Shown here: in pieces, positions 6,927 through 17,385 of the stretch
How the letters are laid out: every line of letters begins with the position of its first letter
Numbering within the stretch: position 1 is the first letter of the stretch
IMG/VR virus record: IMGVR_UViG_3300044214_000008
Span: 1 to 28,036 of that record
Length of the DNA: 28,036 bases
DNA from: a virus
Lineage: Duplodnaviria > Caudoviricetes
Strand: one strand, 5' to 3'
Position numbers and translations under genes: made by a program
The notes under the pieces: generated by a model
Database searches by the model: none
What the model was told of the DNA's origin: nothing
Seen by the model: only the letters and a program-made list of their open reading frames with translations

Positions 6927-7081
6927 CTCTTCTTTGCCTTTGCCTGTGCTTGAACACTGAGTGCAATCGCCACTGCTTGTCGTTGACTCATGTTTGGATG
7001 CTTCTTCATCTCAAAGGCAATGTTCTTACCCACTGCTTTTGGACTTGCACTTTTAATTAAATGTTTCTGTGTCTTTGCCAT
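6923..7081 (-). CDS. Small basic phage protein, 52 aa (QAVAIALS motif)
   Basis: Hand translation: MAKTQKHLIKSASPKAVGKNIAFEMKKHPNMSQRQAVAIALSVQAQAKAKKR*. AAGGA SD; ATGA overlap with the next gene. Confidence 0.8.
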   Translation of the reverse strand: MAKTQKHLIKSASPKAVGKNIAFEMKKHPNMSQRQAVAIALSVQAQAKAKKR

Positions 7082-7090
7082 TATTGTTCC

Positions 7091-9628
7091 TTAAACTGCT
7101 GAATTATCATGGACATAACTCCATCTTGAGTTACTGGTGTCCCAAAATGCTAACTTACCACCCGCATCACTAACTGCGGCTGTCCAACCTACTGATCCTG
7201 TAATTGCTCTTAAGGCACTTGCAGTATATGTTGGATACTTAAAGAATCCTGAACCAGAACTAATACTACCTTTAATCTGTAGATCTCCTGAATCAGTCAA
7301 TGCAAATAACATGTTTGCATAACCGCTGTCAATGATCTCCAATTGTCCTGTGTTATTCAATCGAATAAATTTACTGGTGTTGGTTGCACCACTGGTAGTA
7401 TTTGTTAAAGTCATTAGACCAGCATAACCAGCACCACCATGTGCATTGTTATTGGCAATGGTAACTTCAGGTGTAAATGTCGCAGCCGTTGCACTTAAAG
7501 ACATTCTTGTTGCAAGAGCACCAAGTGATCCACCACTTGTATTTGCCCTGGTATCGAATGTCATTGTGCTGCCACCCGCTGTGGCTGTAAAATCTTCAGT
7601 CGCTGTGGCAGTTACTCGTGCTGTTAAGTTACTGGTGCCTGTATCTGCACCATAACTACCGCCGTTGCTAACTTTAGTTCCCCAAATAGCAAATTGTCCT
7701 GCAATATCACCAGACTTAATTGCTTGTCTACGACCAGGAATACCAGATTGTCTATTACCAACAATATTAAACGCATTAGTTGCTAATAAGGTGTAGTTAT
7801 CAGGACCTGTTACAATTGTAAGTGGGCTACCACTTGAACCTGCTAATTGACTGATGCTAACTGTATAAGTTCCAGCACCACCTGTGCCAGTGCCCAGGGC
7901 AGTAATTCTTGTAAGTTGACTGATACCAGACCCATAAACCTGTTGTCCAACGCTTATAGTGCCACTACTCGGTGTTGCTGTAACTGTTAGTGTTGTGCCT
8001 GCTGAGCCAGCACCGTTATCAATATAACCAGTAAATGTTGCAGTATCCTGTTCCGTAACACCGGTAATGGTTAGGTTGTTATTGGGGAACGCACTGACAA
8101 ATCTACCATGTCCTTGATATCTTGTATTACCATCACTACTGGTTAAAATATTACCTGCCGTAGCATCACCAAAGCCCATGTTACCAACACCTGGCTGTGG
8201 AATAGTCACGCCCGCAACTGTAGTTGTGCCGGGATTTGCACCCCAGTTATTATTAAACCAACTGGCTAAACCGCCACTGTTAAGTTTAATACCTACGGGT
8301 AAACTTTGGAATAAAAATCTTGAACCTGCCGCTTTTGTGCCTTTACCAGTGAATGCGCCCGGGCTACCGGAACTGAATAATGTTTGGCTTACACTAACTG
8401 TATAAGTGCCTGCACCACCTGTGCCTGTTCCATATGCATTAAGTTGTGTGCCTGGCTGAATACCAGTAGCATCTAACAATAAGCCGGGATGCACATTGGT
8501 GCCGGCTGTAACTGTTAGGGTTGTGCCCGAAATATAACCAGTAAAACTGGCAGTGTCATTTTGGAATGCTTCGCTGGCCAGCGAATACATTCCATTTGGC
8601 GCATTGGTATTACCTGTTTCACTGGTAAAATCTGCTCCGTTATATCCACCAAAACGCACTATACCATATGTAGCACCATTAGCAACAGCACTGCCAGAAC
8701 CTGTGCTGGCAGGCAAACCTCGTTTGCCTTCAAACCATATGCTGGGTGTTGGGTTGGTAGCACTGGTGCCACCTGGACGATTTTGTCCATATTCACGCAC
8801 ATGCAATTGACCTAATTGACCACTGGTAGTATTATCTACATATAGGCTCATGGGTTTTAGGCCTTGAGTAGATACTACAATACTATTGATAGCCCCTGTG
8901 CTATCAACTGCGGCACCACCAAGTGCGGCTGTTTTAGTTGATTGAACGCCTCGACTGCCAATTAAATTACTGCTGGCTGTAACTGCATTAAATGTGACAT
9001 CACTGCTGGTGCTAACTGCTTGTCCAATACTGATTATGCCAGTAGAACTATCATAGGTTACCCCTGTGCCTGCTGAATGTGCGGCACGAGCCTGTGAATC
9101 TGTATACTGAGTAATTGTCGAACTAATAACGCCGGTTGAACTGTTATAACTGATACCTGTTCCAGCAGTTAAGGCTGCACGGGCTTGAGCATCTGTATAT
9201 TGGGTAATGGTGCTGCTGATGATGCCTGTTGCACTGTCGTAACTAATTCCAGTGCCAGAGGAGAGATTACTTCTAATTTCACCAGCACTTGCACCAGTAT
9301 AGGCAATAACTCCAGTGCTATTATTGTAAGACAGACTACCCAGACCGCTGGCATTAGATACCGAGATGGCAGCCTTTGCACGAGTGTTTGTAAAATAGAG
9401 ATTAGTAGTGCCTTCATTTAATTGGTCCGTATTAGTAATGCTGTTATTGATTTCAACGATGCCACCTGTGCTGACGGCAACATTGAGTGGTGTGCTGGTG
9501 ATAGCAATATTACTGCTGGGATTACCTACTGCAATAACCTGATCTGTAGGTGTTGTAACAGTAAAACTACTGTTGGGTTTTGTGACGGAGAAAGTGCTGT
9601 TAGGCACTGTGACATTAATTTCTGCCAT
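7091..9628 (-). CDS. Tail fibre / receptor-binding protein, 845 aa
   Basis: Gly/Ser/Thr-rich; repeated AGTGISYxSSTGxIS units; duplicated FTGYI..GTTLTVT...[16 protein letters not shown] module. Confidence 0.8.
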   Translation of the reverse strand: MAEINVTVPNSTFSVTKPNSSFTVTTPTDQVIAVGNPSSNIAITSTPLNVAVSTGGIVEINNSITNTDQLNEGTTNLYFTNTRAKAAISVSNASGLGSLSYNNSTGVIAYTGASAGEIRSNLSSGTGISYDSATGIISSTITQYTDAQARAALTAGTGISYNSSTGVISSTITQYTDSQARAAHSAGTGVTYDSSTGIISIGQAVSTSSDVTFNAVTASSNLIGSRGVQSTKTAALGGAAVDSTGAINSIVVSTQGLKPMSLYVDNTTSGQLGQLHVREYGQNRPGGTSATNPTPSIWFEGKRGLPASTGSGSAVANGATYGIVRFGGYNGADFTSETGNTNAPNGMYSLASEAFQNDTASFTGYISGTTLTVTAGTNVHPGLLLDATGIQPGTQLNAYGTGTGGAGTYTVSVSQTLFSSGSPGAFTGKGTKAAGSRFLFQSLPVGIKLNSGGLASWFNNNWGANPGTTTVAGVTIPQPGVGNMGFGDATAGNILTSSDGNTRYQGHGRFVSAFPNNNLTITGVTEQDTATFTGYIDNGAGSAGTTLTVTATPSSGTISVGQQVYGSGISQLTRITALGTGTGGAGTYTVSISQLAGSSGSPLTIVTGPDNYTLLATNAFNIVGNRQSGIPGRRQAIKSGDIAGQFAIWGTKVSNGGSYGADTGTSNLTARVTATATEDFTATAGGSTMTFDTRANTSGGSLGALATRMSLSATAATFTPEVTIANNNAHGGAGYAGLMTLTNTTSGATNTSKFIRLNNTGQLEIIDSGYANMLFALTDSGDLQIKGSISSGSGFFKYPTYTASALRAITGSVGWTAAVSDAGGKLAFWDTSNSRWSYVHDNSAV

Positions 9629-9637
9629 GTGTGCTCC

Positions 9638-10141
9638 TTAAACTGTAAATGCAGTGTAACCTGTCGCTGTGGTAGGATCGCCTATTGTTACACCTGGTTC
9701 ATAACTTTGAATGAATGCCCAGCGATGGCTGTTGACCTGTGTGGGAGTATCATTAGTGGTCCATTGGAATGTTACAATGCTGATAGCAACCTTACTGCGG
9801 GCATCTGGAATGACTGGGCCGGAATATAATCCACCAGGTATTGTTAGTTTAAGACTGCCAGTTGTAGCATTTACTATATTGATAACAGTCGTGTCTGTTG
9901 CATGTGTTACTGGTGCGAAATAGCCAATTACAAGGCTATTTGCAAAATTGGGTTCTCCGGTAATTCTATCCCAGGCTACGGGATCTACTACCAGTGTTTG
10001 ACTCTTTACTGAATATGTCCAATCTGTAATGTTTTGGTTAAAATTGTAAAGATATGTTCTTTTCGTTGAGGGGAAGATCTCTTCCACTTGTATGTTGTCA
10101 GGACCACCTAAGTAGTCGCTAAATCGTAATACTCCTGCCAT
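9638..10141 (-). CDS. Putative fibre-attachment/baseplate (BppU-like) structural protein
   Basis: Beta-rich 167-aa ORF between fibre genes (INIVNATTGSLKLTIP); strong AGGAG SD. Function inferred from context. Confidence 0.5.
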   Translation of the reverse strand: MAGVLRFSDYLGGPDNIQVEEIFPSTKRTYLYNFNQNITDWTYSVKSQTLVVDPVAWDRITGEPNFANSLVIGYFAPVTHATDTTVINIVNATTGSLKLTIPGGLYSGPVIPDARSKVAISIVTFQWTTNDTPTQVNSHRWAFIQSYEPGVTIGDPTTATGYTAFTV

Positions 10142-10162
10142 TTCATTTCTCCTAAAGGACGA

Positions 10163-10196
10163 GTAAAGGACACTAAGGCATCCTTTACACTATTTA
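10163..10196 (-). promoter_or_regulatory. TAAATA motif followed by leader hairpin
   Basis: TAAATA at 10196-10191, then GTAAAGGA-N10-TCCTTTAC, then the SD. Confidence 0.55.
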
Positions 10197-10200
10197 ACCT

Positions 10201-10362
10201 TTATTGATTGAGTGCATTCAGCAGAAGGGCCCGTTGTTCTTCAGTTAAACTGGCAACTACCGCCTCCATGGGATTGTCAGGTATTTCCACCTCCACTGTT
10301 TCTGAATGGATTAGATTGCCCTCTGTATCAAAAGTTTCATTTATATCTATTCTTATTGCCAT
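10201..10362 (-). CDS. Small acidic protein, 53 aa (possible fibre chaperone)
   Basis: Hand translation: MAIRIDINETFDTEGNLIHSETVEVEIPDNPMEAVVASLTEEQRALLLNALNQ*. AAGGAG SD; directly follows a fibre gene. Confidence 0.75.
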   Translation of the reverse strand: MAIRIDINETFDTEGNLIHSETVEVEIPDNPMEAVVASLTEEQRALLLNALNQ

Positions 10363-10372
10363 ATTATACTCC

Positions 10373-11752
10373 TTAGTTTACAGTCCATTTAGCAACAACC
10401 AAGCCCGGATGTCCAGCATTACTATAACTACCGTTAGTCCATGAGGCTGCTATGGCTGGTGTGCCACTGGTATAACTTACACCAGTTCTTGTCATTGCAT
10501 ATGTTGTGCCATCCGCTGTGCTCATGTTGTAGCCGTTACCAATAATAACTTGGTTAGCCATACTTCTACATTGTAATGTTCCAGTAAAGTTACTGAATTG
10601 AACAGTCATTAGATATGCACCAGCAGGTAAACTGATGCTTAAACCACTAATACTCTTAATACCTGTAGTAGTAATGTTGGATATTTCACCCGCATAGCCA
10701 CCGGATAAATTACTGGTTGGTTGCCATCCAGATGCCTTTAAGTCTACACTGGTGATATAAATCATAGCATTGCAACTGGCTAATGTTGTTGCTGTTGATA
10801 CACTGATGCCCAGTTCTGTCAGTGTGATGGGGGCAGTGACATAGAATGGATGATATCTAACTGTTTGTGCTGATATAGTTAAACTGTTACCAATGGAACC
10901 TATGTATAAACATCCAGGTGGTAGACTCCAAGGTTGGCTGCTATAACTTTCACTCTTAACTGCGGGGAGGCCGGATCCAGTGGCAGTTGCCCAGGATAGG
11001 GTGCCTGATCCGTTAGTTGATAATACTTGACCACTACTTCCATCTGCCGAGGGTAATGTATAGACTGTGCTGCCAGCAGCAGCGGCACCCTTTAAGCCAA
11101 CGCTACCACTACTGCTGCCCTTGAGGTATAATGTGCCCCCGGTATAGGCATTGCCGGGCATGGTAACATCTGTGCCGGACCAAGTAATAACACTGCTACC
11201 AGAACTATTGGCGATACTGGCACCATCTACTCTAATGCCACCACCCACTACAACGCCACCATTACTATACAATGTTGTGCCGCTACCAGTAATGGTAATA
11301 CTTTGTCCAGAACCTGCTGTAACTCCGCCATTAGCAGTGACCGTGTTAAAAGTGACATTGCTTGTTGTTGATACTGCTTGTCCAATACTAATTGCACCGG
11401 TTGTGCTATTATAAGTTACGCCAGTTCCGGCACTGATGGCTGCTCGGGCCAGTGCATCTGTGTATTGCGTAATAGTGCTACTGATAACACCGCCGGATAT
11501 CGAAATACCAGTGCCAGCAGTATAAGAACCACCGCCACCGCCTGTATTTGTTATTACACCTGTTGTGCTATCATAACTGATACCAGAGCCTGCACTGATA
11601 GCTGCTCGGGCTAATGCATCTGTATAATACTTGTTAGTGGAGCCAGCAGAGATATTGTCTGCTGTAAGTCCTGTAACTACACCAGCATCTGTGATGCTGA
11701 TGCTATTACCTATATCAATACCATTTTTTACTTTGAAATTCAAACTTGACAT
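10373..11752 (-). CDS. Tail fibre protein, 459 aa
   Basis: N-terminal NFKVKNG motif, YTDALARAAISAGxGxxY repeats, YTLPSADGSSGQVLSTNGSGTLSW fibre motif, beta-rich C-terminal head. Confidence 0.8.
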   Translation of the reverse strand: MSSLNFKVKNGIDIGNSISITDAGVVTGLTADNISAGSTNKYYTDALARAAISAGSGISYDSTTGVITNTGGGGGSYTAGTGISISGGVISSTITQYTDALARAAISAGTGVTYNSTTGAISIGQAVSTTSNVTFNTVTANGGVTAGSGQSITITGSGTTLYSNGGVVVGGGIRVDGASIANSSGSSVITWSGTDVTMPGNAYTGGTLYLKGSSSGSVGLKGAAAAGSTVYTLPSADGSSGQVLSTNGSGTLSWATATGSGLPAVKSESYSSQPWSLPPGCLYIGSIGNSLTISAQTVRYHPFYVTAPITLTELGISVSTATTLASCNAMIYITSVDLKASGWQPTSNLSGGYAGEISNITTTGIKSISGLSISLPAGAYLMTVQFSNFTGTLQCRSMANQVIIGNGYNMSTADGTTYAMTRTGVSYTSGTPAIAASWTNGSYSNAGHPGLVVAKWTVN

Positions 11753-11798
11753 AATTCATTGTCCTTATGTTAACTGATGGTTCTAACCATCCAGTGTC

Positions 11799-14700
11799 TT
11801 AAACAAAACTAATCATCTTCACACGCATGTAGATACTTGCTGATGAGTAGTCGGTTCTATTAGGGTTAAATTGTAACATAGCAGTGCCACTACCCGTGCC
11901 ACCCGCTGTTCCTACAAAAGTTCCTAATTCATTACCTGTATGTGATTTAATTCTACCATATTCCGTAATGTAAGTATTCAATGTTGATCCGGTAGCGGGA
12001 TTATAATCATGTGTTAATAATATTTCCACTACCTCTCGTTTATAGACTGTTGGACTGCTACCAACCTCACCTATTATGGTTATAATAAACTTTTTGCCAC
12101 TAAATGTTGCACCTGATTCACTATGAACCGTTGTTGCACCATAATTAGCAGTTACGCTAAAAAAGTTTTCTTTATCACTTCCCCAGTTTATACCAGCACT
12201 ACCTACTCCAGATGATACTCTTATGCTATTGAATTGAACATTGCTTGTTGTTGATACTGCCTGTCCAATACTGATAGCACCTGTGGATGAATCGTAACTT
12301 ACGCCTGTGCCACCGGAGAAGTTACCTCTAATATCACCAGCACTTGCGCCTGTATAAGTGATAACACCGGTGCTGCTATTATAAGATAGACTACCAAAGC
12401 CGCTGGCATTTGTGGTGCTAATAGCCGTTCTTGCCCGAGCATTTGTAAAGTAAAGATTTGTTAATTCCGCTAATTCACCTGTATTAACAGGAATTGTAGT
12501 GGGAACACCAGCACGATTTTGAATCCACTTACCATTATATTCATCCCATGTCAAACTACTATTAGTGCTGGTTCCTCGTTCGACTTCAATACCACTATCT
12601 GATGTAGGAGTGCCAGTAACATTACTATTCAAAGTAATAATGTTATCTTCAATTAAGACATTTTGTGTGTTTAGTGTTGTAGTTGTTCCCTGGACAGTTA
12701 AGTTTCCAGTGACAGTTAAATCTCCTGCTGTGGTAACATTTGCACCACTTAATGTAATTGCAGTCGCTGTGCTGGATTTAATATTATTACCAGATACTGT
12801 TAGATCTCCTGCTGTGGTAACATTTGCACCGGACAATGTAATTGCTGTTGCACTGCTGCTCTTAATATCATTGCCAGATACTGTTAGATCCCCAACGATA
12901 CCAAAGTTGCCTATATTATCCAAGGTTGCTTTTGATGTCTCAGCACCGGCGTTGGTAACTAAGAAGTTCATAATGAAGTTTTCAGCACCAGCAGTAATGT
13001 CGGTCGAGGATACCATAATACCACCGCCTCTTACAAAGTTATTTGCTGATGTTTCAACTTCAAAATCTGCACTAACACCAAAACCCACCGCCGGAGTTCC
13101 TGTGCTGTTTCCTCTTAATGTTACTGCTCTTGTGGCCGCATTAGTATTAGCACTATTTCTTACAATAGTAACTGGGTTAGCAAGATTACTGGTAATTGTT
13201 GTAGTAGATCCAGTGGCTGCTTGAATATTCAATGCCCCTGTCGTGTTGGTAATATCACTACCTTTAACATTAAAGTCGCCGGTAATCATTAAATTACCTA
13301 AACTATCCAATTCCAGTTGTGGACCAGGGGCAATATAACTTGGCTCAACGCCCGCAGTTATAACTGCCACTCGCATCTTAGCATCTTCACTACCAGTTGT
13401 AATGTCATCATAAACAAAGTCCATGTAACCAATAGTCTTGGTGGCGTGTGCAGCATTTTCTGCTTCAAAGGTTAGTGTAGTTCCAAATCCTGCAACAGGA
13501 GTTCCAGTAGTTGTATGACGCAATTTTAATGGCGCCATAGGATGTGTTGTATTTGAACTATCTACAACCGCATAACTTTCTGTAGTGCTGGCATTGATTT
13601 CAACTGCATTATTAGTGTCGTTGATTTTTAGGACGCTTGTCTTTTTCCAACGACTGCTATTTTCATCATAATAGATTGTGTCACCTTCAGTTGCACCATT
13701 TAAGTCAAAACCACTGTTCTCACCACCTGGATTCCAGTTAGCAGTTGGATTGCCTAAAGTGGATGCATCTGGACTGGTGAATGAACCATAACGATTATTC
13801 AGACCCATGCGTGTCTTAAAGTAATACTTTTGTCCCGCAACATTACCAGGCAATCCAGTGATATAAATTGCATGTGTCTTGTTGAAGTTAATGGTCAATC
13901 CCGTTGCATTAGTTAGTGCGACCGCATCGCCTGCTTCACTGGTAGCCACCTTAAATGCTGTGCTGGTTAAGCCAGAGGATAGGACCCAATAGATTGTATT
14001 AGTCACTAAACCACCTGCAGTTGTTCCTAAAAATAACAACTGATCACCTGCAACTAATCCATGTGCCGATGCTGTATTCAGCGTATTACCACCTGTAATG
14101 CTGGTGGCTGTTACAACTGTGGTGTTTTCATAGATAGTTGCTGGACTTGCTGGTCGATGACTTTGTAATAGAGTATAGGCTCTCTCGCTGGGTTGTCCTG
14201 ATTGTTCTGGATCTGGACCAATTGCACTCCATACTTGTATTTCATCATAGGGTCCGCCCAGTTCAGGAACGGTTGCACTTAATACCAAATATGGGATACT
14301 GGCTGTTGCATCACTATTAGCAGTAATAGTAACCAAGTTATCATCAGGAGTTTGAATGTTACCATCCGCACCACCACTGTAGATAGGAGGGATACCAATG
14401 TTAGCCTGTGTTGTAAAGTCAGTTAGTAGTTCTGTTGTGTAGATATCTGGGTTATATTCCAGTGCTTGAATGTTGGCAACCAAGTTACCATCTTCCTGCT
14501 CGATTTCTTTAACACGGATGACACGGAATAGTTTTGGATACCAGTTGTAAAGTTCGTTGGTGACTTCAATAATGTCACCTGCTTGTGTTTGGATACCATA
14601 GAAACTGCTGGTAAATTCAATTACAAGGTCATCTCTACTTTGGCGTAGTTGTATTTGACTAATCATGTTAGCCTGAATACTGTTGTTAGTTAAATCTAAA

Positions 14701-16238
14701 CCAACACGCAATGTATTGTCTGGTTCAGTTGGGTTACGATCCGCATCCGCCAATTCATCACGAGCATAGGCCTTTTGGTCTTTGTTATAACGATCAAAGA
14801 ACTCACACTCATAGGCATTATATAAGTCATCAAGACGAGTGCTACTGATGCTGATACCACTGATGATGTTATCATCATTAAACTTCAATAAGTTACCAGT
14901 TGTAGTGTAGAACTTTTGGCTGGTTAAGTTAGTGGTGCTGCTGATTGTATAACGACCTATTTGTCCTGTGCTTTCGCCTGTGGTTAATGGTAATGTCTGG
15001 CTGACAATTGAACCAATCTGTGTGCCATCTGACTTGTATAACACTTGCCCTGCTTCAATACGACCGCTGGGGAATGCAGTCACAGTTAGCGTTGTATTAC
15101 CAGTAATAGCACCAGTAAAATGTGTAGTATTATCTGCGGGATCGCCGGCACTGATTGCTTTCTGGATGATGGGACGCCATGTGCCCGCAGCCACATCAAA
15201 ACTCATCCAAGCGTTACCGTTTAATAGGATGCTATCAATGTTTTCCTTGACACTGCGACTGGTATCAATAACACCATTGATACTGGCACGGTTTTGTGTT
15301 GTGCTTGTTCCGGACTTGTCTATATAACGAATCTTTTCCGCACAGTAATTGGACCATTTAGTAAACTCTGTAGTATTAAGGGCACTGGTGGCTAAACCTG
15401 CACCATAACGATCACTGGTCATGTAATCCTGCAATACTGCTGCTGGGTTATAGACACTGTTATTGAGTTTGAATGTTACAGGGGCAAGGTTAGTAAAGCC
15501 CTTGTCCGCATTGTATTTTAATCTAACAATGGCAAATACGAGACCTTCCATGCGAGTGGAACTATTCCAAAATGCACTGCCATTAGTATCATGTGCCCAG
15601 TAATCCCAGGCATTTACCGGTGTGCCCACTCCCACGGGAGGCCATATTTGGTGGCTACTTGCACCGTCACCGGCGTAGACACGCATTTCAACCAAGTCCT
15701 GGAAGTTAGTATCCACAGTGTCATCTGTTGCATCAACAGTTTTTACACCCTTAATAACCTTATGTTCGTTTCCACTGGTGGCATCAAATATAAGTCGTTG
15801 GTCATTCCAATAAATTTCACTATTGCGGCCACCACCACTAAAAGTGCCGCTATCAATTGTATATGTTGCACTGGTATTAATTGCCTCACTTAAAACAATG
15901 CAGTAATACATGACATCGTTTTTACTTTTATCCGTTGTAATAAGTCTTGCATCAGTAATCATACCGTTTACATAGGCACTACCGTAGACCACTGGTATCT
16001 TGTTATTACTTGCAGGTGGGATCTGTATTCTACCACCCTCATTACTGGAACCCAAACTTCCTGAATTGGGATTGCCGTTGATAATACGGCTTGTAATGTA
16101 ACTTGCGCCAATAGCGGCAACACTGGCAACTGCAACACCAGCCCAACTTAATCCTACACCCGCAATGGTTGCGGCTGTTCCTGTCAAACCCAGTAAGGTG
16201 CCTGCTACATAGGCACCAATTGCTGAAAATGCTGGCAT
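11799..16238 (-). CDS. Tail tip / central fibre protein (lambda J-like tip attachment protein with fibre extension), 1479 aa
   Basis: Hydrophobic N-terminus, KIPVVYG, NPAAVLQDYMTSDRYGAGL, INGVIDT, AGDIIEVT...FRV and ALEYNPDIY motifs typical of siphovirus tip proteins; repetitive C-terminal half. Confidence 0.85.
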   Translation of the reverse strand: MPAFSAIGAYVAGTLLGLTGTAATIAGVGLSWAGVAVASVAAIGASYITSRIINGNPNSGSLGSSNEGGRIQIPPASNNKIPVVYGSAYVNGMITDARLITTDKSKNDVMYYCIVLSEAINTSATYTIDSGTFSGGGRNSEIYWNDQRLIFDATSGNEHKVIKGVKTVDATDDTVDTNFQDLVEMRVYAGDGASSHQIWPPVGVGTPVNAWDYWAHDTNGSAFWNSSTRMEGLVFAIVRLKYNADKGFTNLAPVTFKLNNSVYNPAAVLQDYMTSDRYGAGLATSALNTTEFTKWSNYCAEKIRYIDKSGTSTTQNRASINGVIDTSRSVKENIDSILLNGNAWMSFDVAAGTWRPIIQKAISAGDPADNTTHFTGAITGNTTLTVTAFPSGRIEAGQVLYKSDGTQIGSIVSQTLPLTTGESTGQIGRYTISSTTNLTSQKFYTTTGNLLKFNDDNIISGISISSTRLDDLYNAYECEFFDRYNKDQKAYARDELADADRNPTEPDNTLRVGLDLTNNSIQANMISQIQLRQSRDDLVIEFTSSFYGIQTQAGDIIEVTNELYNWYPKLFRVIRVKEIEQEDGNLVANIQALEYNPDIYTTELLTDFTTQANIGIPPIYSGGADGNIQTPDDNLVTITANSDATASIPYLVLSATVPELGGPYDEIQVWSAIGPDPEQSGQPSERAYTLLQSHRPASPATIYENTTVVTATSITGGNTLNTASAHGLVAGDQLLFLGTTAGGLVTNTIYWVLSSGLTSTAFKVATSEAGDAVALTNATGLTINFNKTHAIYITGLPGNVAGQKYYFKTRMGLNNRYGSFTSPDASTLGNPTANWNPGGENSGFDLNGATEGDTIYYDENSSRWKKTSVLKINDTNNAVEINASTTESYAVVDSSNTTHPMAPLKLRHTTTGTPVAGFGTTLTFEAENAAHATKTIGYMDFVYDDITTGSEDAKMRVAVITAGVEPSYIAPGPQLELDSLGNLMITGDFNVKGSDITNTTGALNIQAATGSTTTITSNLANPVTIVRNSANTNAATRAVTLRGNSTGTPAVGFGVSADFEVETSANNFVRGGGIMVSSTDITAGAENFIMNFLVTNAGAETSKATLDNIGNFGIVGDLTVSGNDIKSSSATAITLSGANVTTAGDLTVSGNNIKSSTATAITLSGANVTTAGDLTVTGNLTVQGTTTTLNTQNVLIEDNIITLNSNVTGTPTSDSGIEVERGTSTNSSLTWDEYNGKWIQNRAGVPTTIPVNTGELAELTNLYFTNARARTAISTTNASGFGSLSYNSSTGVITYTGASAGDIRGNFSGGTGVSYDSSTGAISIGQAVSTTSNVQFNSIRVSSGVGSAGINWGSDKENFFSVTANYGATTVHSESGATFSGKKFIITIIGEVGSSPTVYKREVVEILLTHDYNPATGSTLNTYITEYGRIKSHTGNELGTFVGTAGGTGSGTAMLQFNPNRTDYSSASIYMRVKMISFV
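12714..12892 (-). repeat. Intragenic 84-bp (28-aa) tandem repeat
   Basis: GDLTVSGNxIKSSxATAITLSGANVTTA twice plus a partial third; DNA tctcctgctgtggtaacatttgcacc at 12721 and 12805. Confidence 0.85.
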
Positions 16239-16242
16239 ATCT

Positions 16243-16689
16243 TTAGTCCTTCAAATATAAGGATTCCATTAGTCGGAATCCACGCTTTTCCAAATCATAA
16301 TCTTCTGTTGATCTCATACGAGTGGTAAAATAACCATCTATCTCACCTGAGCTCATGAGTTCATCACCTTGTTCGCAAAACTTGATAAACAGGCGACCTG
16401 CTCCCAGTGTCTTACGATATTCTTCCTTTACATACCAAACTAATTCTCTTAGGCTAACTTTGTCCGGCATCCAAATGTTTTGTTCTTTGACTGCAATTAA
16501 CAATCCAGTTGCAATTTCACCATTGAATAAAATCCAAATGTAGCCTGAACGCTGGACAGCATATATTAGTCGTTTAATATGTTCGCGATCTACATCATTA
16601 GTATATTTCGCATAACTGGATTCCTGTAAGAATTCTGTTATTAAATCTGCTACTCTATTTAAGTCTGCTCGTGTGGCCAGTCTAATCAT
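16243..16689 (-). CDS. GNAT-fold acetyltransferase-like protein
   Basis: MIRLATRADL start, ELVWYVKEEYRK...GRL acetyl-CoA-binding motif A, EKRGF C-terminal motif. Confidence 0.8.
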   Translation of the reverse strand: MIRLATRADLNRVADLITEFLQESSYAKYTNDVDREHIKRLIYAVQRSGYIWILFNGEIATGLLIAVKEQNIWMPDKVSLRELVWYVKEEYRKTLGAGRLFIKFCEQGDELMSSGEIDGYFTTRMRSTEDYDLEKRGFRLMESLYLKD

Positions 16690-17385
16690 TTAATATCCTT
16701 GAAATACTGGAGTTACAGGTTCTGTCGTTATTCCAGAACCTGTGCTATTTGATGTTGGTGCTACATAAGGCTTACCAAAGTCAAAACTACTGTTATGTAG
16801 CGCCTCAACTCTACTCATGCTGGGATCAGTTGTAATACCACTGGTGATGTATCTTTCACTCCACGCTCTTTGGTAATCCTTCTTGTTTGTTCTACGACCC
16901 GCATAACGATTCTCAAGAACACCCATAATACTGCTGGCAATTATGGTAATAACATGATTGATATCTCCACCATTGGAGTTTAAGTTGATATCTTCCTGGG
17001 CACTAAAGTTAACAATAGATCCCTTAAAGCGAGGATAAACTTCCAGGGGACTTGTTATAACATTGTGTTGGTTGATATTGAAGAATGCACGATATACATT
17101 AATACTGCCACCCTTAATCTGTATGTTTAATAGATTGACGGCGTTGAATGTATCAGTGGGAATACCACTTAAACTGATTTGGATATCACTATTGCTATTG
17201 CTGATGTTGTTTTGTATTTCACTAACTGCCAAGAATCCAGCCAAGGGAGTATAATCATGACCATTGTAAGTGACCGTAAAGCGAGTGTTACTAACATAGT
17301 AGGTAACACCATCTAATACTACATCAATCAATGTTCCATGCTCAATTGCTGTTTCAGTATCAACTGCTGTTATTGTTGTGGTCAT
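16690..17385 (-). CDS. Minor tail / baseplate hub protein (gpL/DUF2163-like position)
   Basis: TYNGHDY...GFLAVSEI...ISLSGI...VYRAFF...RFKG pattern; second gene after the tape measure. Confidence 0.65.
   Translation of the reverse strand: MTTTITAVDTETAIEHGTLIDVVLDGVTYYVSNTRFTVTYNGHDYTPLAGFLAVSEIQNNISNSNSDIQISLSGIPTDTFNAVNLLNIQIKGGSINVYRAFFNINQHNVITSPLEVYPRFKGSIVNFSAQEDINLNSNGGDINHVITIIASSIMGVLENRYAGRRTNKKDYQRAWSERYITSGITTDPSMSRVEALHNSSFDFGKPYVAPTSNSTGSGITTEPVTPVFQGY

Noticed and set aside
7091-16238. Diversity-generating retroelement or invertase-driven fibre switching
   Set aside because: No reverse transcriptase or recombinase gene; the repeats are in-frame, same-orientation protein repeats with no evident adenine-specific variation.
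16656-16661. TAAATA inside the GNAT gene
   Set aside because: Intragenic and about 420 nt from the next start; could be chance. Recorded as a counter-example to the intergenic pattern.
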